This document shows positions 58,820-64,000 of a DNA stretch of 64,000 nucleotides, piece by piece. The DNA is from Candidatus Latescibacterota bacterium (lineage in GTDB: Bacteria > Latescibacterota > UBA2968). The stretch spans positions 4,384,001 through 4,448,000 of the forward strand of contig OZ220741.1 in the NCBI GenBank assembly GCA_965116885.1, written 5' to 3'. Position 1 is the first letter of the stretch, and each line of letters begins with the position of its first letter. The notes below the pieces were generated by a model that made no database searches, was not told the origin of the DNA, and worked only from the letters and a program-made list of their open reading frames with translations. The position numbers and the translations under genes are program-made.

Positions 58820-61308
58820 TGGGTGATCTCACCACTTTACTCATGCAAAAAATTCAAACCATATCGATATGTCTATCCATCCTGTTGACCACTACGGACC
58901 TGCTGGCGAGTGAGGGCACAGTACAGCAAGTCTCGGGGGACCTCGTTTACGTCACGGGCATGAACGGTTTGGCTCCGCTCTGGTCAAATCTCACAGTGCA
59001 AAACGGACAGGAGACAGGCGCAAAACTCGAAGTCATCAAAGAATTGCCAGAACTGGTCATAGCAAGAGTTGTAGAGGCGAATGGAACAGCGGTGAATACC
59101 GGCGATATGGTGACACTGAGTAGCGCACAATCAGACGTATCAGCGCGAAAATCCAGGCGAATCGTTTACGCTGCTCGCGTTGACGAAAATCCAAATGTAG
59201 ATGGCATACTGGACGACGCCGTATGGTTGCGGGCGACGCCGATCAGGGGTTTTGTACAGCGCGATCCAAACTACTGGATGCCGAGTCCCGAACAAACAAT
59301 CGTGCGGATTATCTACACGGACAAAAGCATCTACTTTGGCTTTGAATGCCTCGTCCCGGACTCCTCTCAATTTATCGCAAACAACATGCGACGAGATTCC
59401 GAAATCCGCGGCGATGACAATATTCAAATCCTGCTCGACACGTACAATGATCGGCAAAATGGCTTCTTTTTCTCTGTCAATCCCCTTGGGGCACAAAGCG
59501 ATTTGATGCTCTCCAACGAGGGGCGAACCTATAACCGCGATTGGGATTGCAATTGGGTCGCCCGCACCAAACACTATCCCGACCGATGGACAGTCGAAAT
59601 CGAAATACCGTTTAGCCAACTGCGGTTTAAGCAAGCTGCCGACGCCACATGGGGCATCAATCTCGCGCGCTATATTGCCCGAAAAAATCTGGCGACCCAA
59701 CTCGTCGTCGGCCAGCAGACTTCTTCATCCACAGAGCGTTACCGCACGGCGGACATCGGCGAACTTCACGGCCTCCAACACATTCGCGCCAGACGTCCGA
59801 TTTATCTCAAACCCTACGCTTTGCCGGGCACGACCATGGACGATCAGGCAATCAACCCCTCTGAAAGCCGCACATTTGAAACGGGCCTCGATCTGCGCTA
59901 TGGCATCACGTCAAATATCTCGCTCGACTTATCCTACAACACGGATTTCGCACAGGTAGAAGGCGACCAGGAACAAACCAACCTGACGCAGTTCCGTCTC
60001 TTCTTCCCCGAAAAACGCGAGTTCTTTCTCGAGGGCGCCAACCTATTCCAATTTGGCGAACAAGCGCGAAGAACCGGCAGCGGCACCAGACCCCCCACCC
60101 TCCTTTTTTACACCAGACGCATCGGCCTTGAAAAAGGGAAAAAAATCCCGATTATCGTCGGTTCAAAAATCGCGGGCAAAGAAGGGCGAACCAGTATTGG
60201 CGGCCTCAATGTGCTGACCGACGCGGCATTGTTTGCCGAAGATGGAGACACAGTCCAGGTACACCGCACCAACTACTCGGTCCTCAGCATAAGACGCGAC
60301 GTATTCGCGCGGTCAAACTTCGGTTTCATCATGGTCAACAAACAAATTGACGATCCTCATGAGGGATGGAACCAGTACAACCGCGCAGGGGGTGTTGATT
60401 TCAACTATTCTCCTACGTCAACCTTGAATTTCCAGGCTTTTGCAGCGCGAACATGGGATTCACAGATTGAAAACGCAGACGATGCGCGGTTTGCATCTAT
60501 GAATTACCGCGGCACCAAATATTGGGCGCGTCTAAAATTTCTCGATGTCGAGGAACAATTTGAACCCGCTGTGGGATTCATCAATAGCAGAAGTGGATTG
60601 GAAGGTTTCAGACGCTATGACCTCTATGCGCGCTACCGCCCCAGACCGAAATTCGCCAATATTCGCTACATGTCAATCGGTCCCGAAGCGCAACTCTTTA
60701 CAGACCGCGACAACAATGTGAAATACTGGACAGTCGAACTCTCGACATTTGCCATCTTTAATACCGGTGACTACTGGCGGATAGAATTAAAACGCACACG
60801 CGACGTAGTCGATGAGGAATTCTCTCCCTCTGCGCGAAACAAAGATGTAATCATCCCCCCCGATACCTATACCTTCACGTCATTTACCACGGGACCGCGT
60901 CCCAGCCGATCCCGAAAATTGCGCCCCGGCATCACCTTTGAAGCCGGCACATACTACACGGGAAGACGCTATACCGTACGCTCGGAAAGCTCTTTTCGCC
61001 CCTCTGGCCAACTGTCTTATGAAGTGGAATATCAGGGCGACTGGGTCCGACTTCCGCAGGGGAACTTTAACATCCACACACTCAGCAATCGCCTGCAGTA
61101 CTCCTTTTCCACAGACTTTTTTGTCAAACTCTTTGTGCAGTGGAACAACGACAAAGAGTTCGCAAGCGCGAATTTTCTCCTCAACTACCGGTATCGCCCC
61201 GGCAGCGACATCTTTCTCGTCTTCGACAGCGCTTATGGCACAGACCCGACCTTAACCCGTCGAAACCGCTCAGTGCTCCTCAAACTCTCCTATCTCCTGG
61301 GTCTGTGA
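58819..61308 (+). CDS. CBM9-like/DUF5916 outer-membrane protein
   Basis: VDG.LDD..W, W.VE..IPF..LRF, N.DFAQVE.D, FFPEKREFFLEG, FYTRRIG motifs; beta-strand C-terminus. Confidence 0.8.
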   Translation: MGDLTTLLMQKIQTISICLSILLTTTDLLASEGTVQQVSGDLVYVTGMNGLAPLWSNLTVQNGQETGAKLEVIKELPELVIARVVEANGTAVNTGDMVTLSSAQSDVSARKSRRIVYAARVDENPNVDGILDDAVWLRATPIRGFVQRDPNYWMPSPEQTIVRIIYTDKSIYFGFECLVPDSSQFIANNMRRDSEIRGDDNIQILLDTYNDRQNGFFFSVNPLGAQSDLMLSNEGRTYNRDWDCNWVARTKHYPDRWTVEIEIPFSQLRFKQAADATWGINLARYIARKNLATQLVVGQQTSSSTERYRTADIGELHGLQHIRARRPIYLKPYALPGTTMDDQAINPSESRTFETGLDLRYGITSNISLDLSYNTDFAQVEGDQEQTNLTQFRLFFPEKREFFLEGANLFQFGEQARRTGSGTRPPTLLFYTRRIGLEKGKKIPIIVGSKIAGKEGRTSIGGLNVLTDAALFAEDGDTVQVHRTNYSVLSIRRDVFARSNFGFIMVNKQIDDPHEGWNQYNRAGGVDFNYSPTSTLNFQAFAARTWDSQIENADDARFASMNYRGTKYWARLKFLDVEEQFEPAVGFINSRSGLEGFRRYDLYARYRPRPKFANIRYMSIGPEAQLFTDRDNNVKYWTVELSTFAIFNTGDYWRIELKRTRDVVDEEFSPSARNKDVIIPPDTYTFTSFTTGPRPSRSRKLRPGITFEAGTYYTGRRYTVRSESSFRPSGQLSYEVEYQGDWVRLPQGNFNIHTLSNRLQYSFSTDFFVKLFVQWNNDKEFASANFLLNYRYRPGSDIFLVFDSAYGTDPTLTRRNRSVLLKLSYLLGL

Positions 61309-61313
61309 GGAAT

Positions 61314-62489
61314 TTAAATTCGTCTAACAGCCAGCGCGACGGCCTCGCCTCCGCCAATGCACAGGGCGGCAATGCCAATGCGCTTATCGGCGCGTTTTAG
61401 AGCGTGAATAAGGGTTACGAGAATGCGCGTGCCGCTCGCCCCAATGGGATGCCCCAGTGCAACAGCACCGCCATTGACATTGAGTTTTTCTCCCGAAATG
61501 CCCAGATCCTGAGCCGCCGCCATTGGAACGCCGGAAAAGGCTTCGTTGATTTCAAACAGATCGACATCCGAGACCGCAAGGGAGAGTTTGGACAAAAGTT
61601 TGGAGATGGCACCAATAGGCGCGAGCGTGAACCACTCCGGCTCCTGGGCGTGTGTGGCATACCCCAAAATCTCAACTTCGGGTGCAATACCGCAATCTTC
61701 TGCTTTTTCGCCAGAAAGGACAATAACAGACGCCGCGCCATCGTTGATACTCGACGCATTGCCGGGCGTCACCGTGCCATCTTTTGAAAACGCAGGGCGC
61801 AGTTGGCGGAGTTTGTCCTCGTCAAATCTCAGGGGTTCTTCATCTCGGTCTATCGTTGTAATTGTCTTGCCAGAAGATGCTTTTACGGGTACAATCTCGC
61901 TGCGGAACCGGCCTTCACTATCGGCGCGAAGTGCTCTTTTATAACTGCTGATGGCAAAATCATCCTGATCTTCGCGCGAAAAATCGTAGCGTTCAGCACA
62001 TCGGTCGCCACAGGTACCCATGTGCAGGTCATTGTACACATCCCATAAGCCATCGCGGATCATGGCGTCAACGAGTTCGCCTGCCCCCAGTCTGTAACCC
62101 GTTCGCGCATTTTCGAGAAGATAGGGCGCGCGGCTCATGTTTTCCGCGCCTCCAGCGAGAATCAAATCGGCATCGCCGCACTGGATGGCTTGAGCGGCGA
62201 GCATAATGGATTTGAGGCCCGAACCGCAAACTTTATTGACCGTTGTCGCCCCCACCGACGTATCGAGATCCGCGCCAATAGCAACCTGACGCGCGACATT
62301 TTGACCCAGTCCTGCACTGAGCACATTGCCAAAAATCACTTCATCAACTTCACTGCCAATTATGCCCGCCTGCGCTATCGAAGCCGCCGCGACAGCACTG
62401 CCCAATTCAGGAGCAGACACCTCGGCAAAGCCGCCCATAAATCCACCAATAGCCGTGCGCTTGCTCCCGGTGATATAAATGTGTTTCAT
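61314..62489 (-). CDS. atoB: Acetyl-CoA C-acetyltransferase (thiolase)
   Basis: NKVCGSG, EINEAF, GHPIGASG, CIGGG motifs. Confidence 0.93.
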   Translation of the reverse strand: MKHIYITGSKRTAIGGFMGGFAEVSAPELGSAVAAASIAQAGIIGSEVDEVIFGNVLSAGLGQNVARQVAIGADLDTSVGATTVNKVCGSGLKSIMLAAQAIQCGDADLILAGGAENMSRAPYLLENARTGYRLGAGELVDAMIRDGLWDVYNDLHMGTCGDRCAERYDFSREDQDDFAISSYKRALRADSEGRFRSEIVPVKASSGKTITTIDRDEEPLRFDEDKLRQLRPAFSKDGTVTPGNASSINDGAASVIVLSGEKAEDCGIAPEVEILGYATHAQEPEWFTLAPIGAISKLLSKLSLAVSDVDLFEINEAFSGVPMAAAQDLGISGEKLNVNGGAVALGHPIGASGTRILVTLIHALKRADKRIGIAALCIGGGEAVALAVRRI

Positions 62490-62559
62490 AGTTATTCCTC
62501 CATTTTACTATCAAGATACGTCCAGACCTGAAAATAATGCAAGAAATAAGAGATAAAAG

Positions 62560-62910
62560 GTGAAATATCTAATCGCCATTGCCCTGTGTAGCATTCTGTG
62601 TGTATTGATCCTCATGATGGCCTGTTCTGCTCCCCCCAATGGCAAAACCGTATTTATCGAATCGGGTTGTGCAAGATGCCATGAAATCAATGGCACTGGC
62701 GGTTCTCAGGCTCCGCGACTACAGGGCTTACAGAGCAAGTGGACACCCGAATCACTGGAAGAATTTTTGACTGATCCCCCTGCTTATGCAAAAGACAATG
62801 CCCGATTGCTGGCGTATCTAAAAAAATACCCAACGCCAATGCCCAGACTTGAAATTGCGCCTGCACGGCGAAAAATACTCGTCCAATATCTCCTTAAAAG
62901 GTATCCATGA
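62560..62910 (+). CDS. c-type cytochrome (probable lipoprotein)
   Basis: CARCH heme motif, distal MP, N-terminal signal ending MAC. Confidence 0.85.
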   Translation: MKYLIAIALCSILCVLILMMACSAPPNGKTVFIESGCARCHEINGTGGSQAPRLQGLQSKWTPESLEEFLTDPPAYAKDNARLLAYLKKYPTPMPRLEIAPARRKILVQYLLKRYP

Positions 62911-63227
62911 GAAATCAGATCGATAAAAAATACGAACGGATTTACAGAGAAGTTGCCAAAATTCCCGAAGGAACTGTGGCAACTTATGGGCAGATTGCCG
63001 AACGGGTTGGATGTGGACCGCGTGAAGTGGGCAGGGCACTGTCGGAATTGCCACCGCACACATCCTGTCCCTGGCATCGGGTCATCAATGCGCGGGGGAT
63101 GGTATCCATTCGCAGTGGGAATCACATGGCACATTACGACCAGGAAGCCCGCCTCGAACGAGAAGGCATCGTATTTGTGAATGGTCGCGTCGATCTCGAA
63201 ATTTACAGGTGGGAGGCAGATCTTTAA
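62907..63227 (+). CDS. Alkyltransferase-like protein (MGMT family, Trp variant)
   Basis: IPEG.VATYGQIA, R.VG.AL, PWHRV motifs. Confidence 0.9.
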   Translation: MRNQIDKKYERIYREVAKIPEGTVATYGQIAERVGCGPREVGRALSELPPHTSCPWHRVINARGMVSIRSGNHMAHYDQEARLEREGIVFVNGRVDLEIYRWEADL

Positions 63228-63248
63228 GACCTGAATCAAATTTGTGTA

Positions 63249-63277
63249 TTGACAAGGATAATCGGTTTTTTTATCAT
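63249..63277 (+). promoter_or_regulatory. sigma70-type promoter
   Basis: TTGACA-17 bp-TATCAT upstream of the HU/IHF gene. Confidence 0.7.
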
Positions 63278-63328
63278 TCACGCGCTTAGGGGAGAAATAC
63301 GTCTGTAAATACTGAGAAAGGGGATGCA

Positions 63329-63625
63329 GTGACCAAAGCTGATATTGTCAATCAGATTGCCGACGCTACGGGGTTGACCAAAACAGATACCTCTGTCGTT
63401 GTAGAGGGCTTTCTCACTTCGATCATTGCGGCAATGGAGCAGGGTGAACACATCGAAATTCGCGGCTTTGGCACGTTTAAAGTCGTTCATCGCGCACCGC
63501 GCACAGGTCGCAACCCCAAAACAGGTGAGGTGGTCAAAATCCCCTCGCGCGCAATGCCCGTGTTCAAACCCTCACGTGAATTGCGTAATTCTATTTCTGA
63601 GGTTTCTGTTCTTCCATCCAGCTAA
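63329..63625 (+). CDS. HU/IHF family DNA-binding protein
   Basis: MTKAD, IEIRGFGTF, GRNPKTGE, PVFKPS motifs. Confidence 0.95.
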   Translation: MTKADIVNQIADATGLTKTDTSVVVEGFLTSIIAAMEQGEHIEIRGFGTFKVVHRAPRTGRNPKTGEVVKIPSRAMPVFKPSRELRNSISEVSVLPSS

Positions 63626-63646
63626 TGCACCCACAGGAGGTAGCTC

Positions 63647-63739
63647 TTGCCCAGCGGAAAAAAGCGCAAACGCGCAAAAATCGCAACGCACAAGCGAAAA
63701 AAAAGGCGCCGAAGAGACCGACATAAAAAGAAGATCTAA
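63647..63739 (+). CDS. bS22-like (AURKAIP1/COX24 domain) small basic ribosomal protein, 30 aa
   Basis: AGGAGG then TTG: MPSGKKRKRAKIATHKRKKRRRRDRHKKKI*. Confidence 0.8.
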   Translation: MPSGKKRKRAKIATHKRKKRRRRDRHKKKI

Positions 63740-63740
63740 A

Positions 63741-63885
63741 GGCGATCCTACTGCACTGGTGTTATGGATTTAGCCCCTGGACCTGGATATACCGACGTTT
63801 TCAGCCACAAACGGCTGTGATACACTCTGGTATAGGCCATGAAGGCAGGGGCCTATCCATAGTCTGCCTGCCGGAGGGGACATCT
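63741..63885 (+). ncRNA. Candidate structured ncRNA (long irregular hairpin, possibly 6S-like)
   Basis: Nested complementary pairs TATGGAT/ATCCATA, GCCCCTG/CAGGGGC, TATACC/GGTATA, CAGCC/GGCTG. Confidence 0.45.
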
Positions 63886-63962
63886 GCGGCATTAGCTCAG
63901 TTGGATAGAGCACTGGTCTCCGGAACCAGAGGTCACAGGTTCGAATCCTGTATGTCGCACCA
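63886..63962 (+). tRNA. tRNA-Arg (CCG) with encoded CCA
   Basis: GCGGCAT/ATGTCGC acceptor stem; anticodon arm CTGGT-CTCCGGA-ACCAG; TTCGAAT loop. Confidence 0.97.
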
Positions 63963-63970
63963 CAAGCAAT

Positions 63971-64000
63971 GGGGCGAGAGTCACAAGCGACTCTCGCCCC
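63971..64000 (+). terminator. Probable terminator hairpin
   Basis: GGGGCGAGAGTC...GACTCTCGCCCC; any U-tract would lie beyond the window. Confidence 0.6.

Overview
Bacterial chromosomal window. Its gene content is typical of a host-associated lineage such as a sponge symbiont, which is inference only. Core-like flanks (1-7.2 kb and about 50.1-64 kb) enclose a roughly 43 kb mosaic accessory region that starts just downstream of tRNA-Phe(GAA). The accessory region holds mostly minus-strand secreted or eukaryote-like proteins: plant-type and internalin-type LRR, ankyrin, MORN-like, FGE/C-type-lectin-fold, PKD and Ig proteins. It also contains: (1) a duplicated module in which a cytoplasmic beta-propeller/Y_Y_Y/sigma54 activator is divergent from a complete sigma54 promoter (UAS, IHF-like site, -24/-12) driving LRR operons, plus a third decayed copy; (2) a sigma54-driven operon encoding an unusual tyrosine recombinase-ATPase-transmembrane fusion and a YdjM-like hydrolase; (3) a GOLPH3/GPP34-cytochrome P450 fusion followed by a sulfotransferase; (4) five genes sharing one N-terminal secretion module with different C-terminal domains; (5) many IS256, IS3 and group II intron remnants, several abutting the ribosome-binding sites of cargo genes. 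The left flank encodes a probably inactive M28-peptidase/FtsX fusion with two OPT-like membrane proteins. The right flank encodes metabolic enzymes, an HU/IHF protein, an unannotated bS22-like small protein, a candidate structured ncRNA and tRNA-Arg(CCG). All domain calls come from reading motifs by eye; no searches were run.
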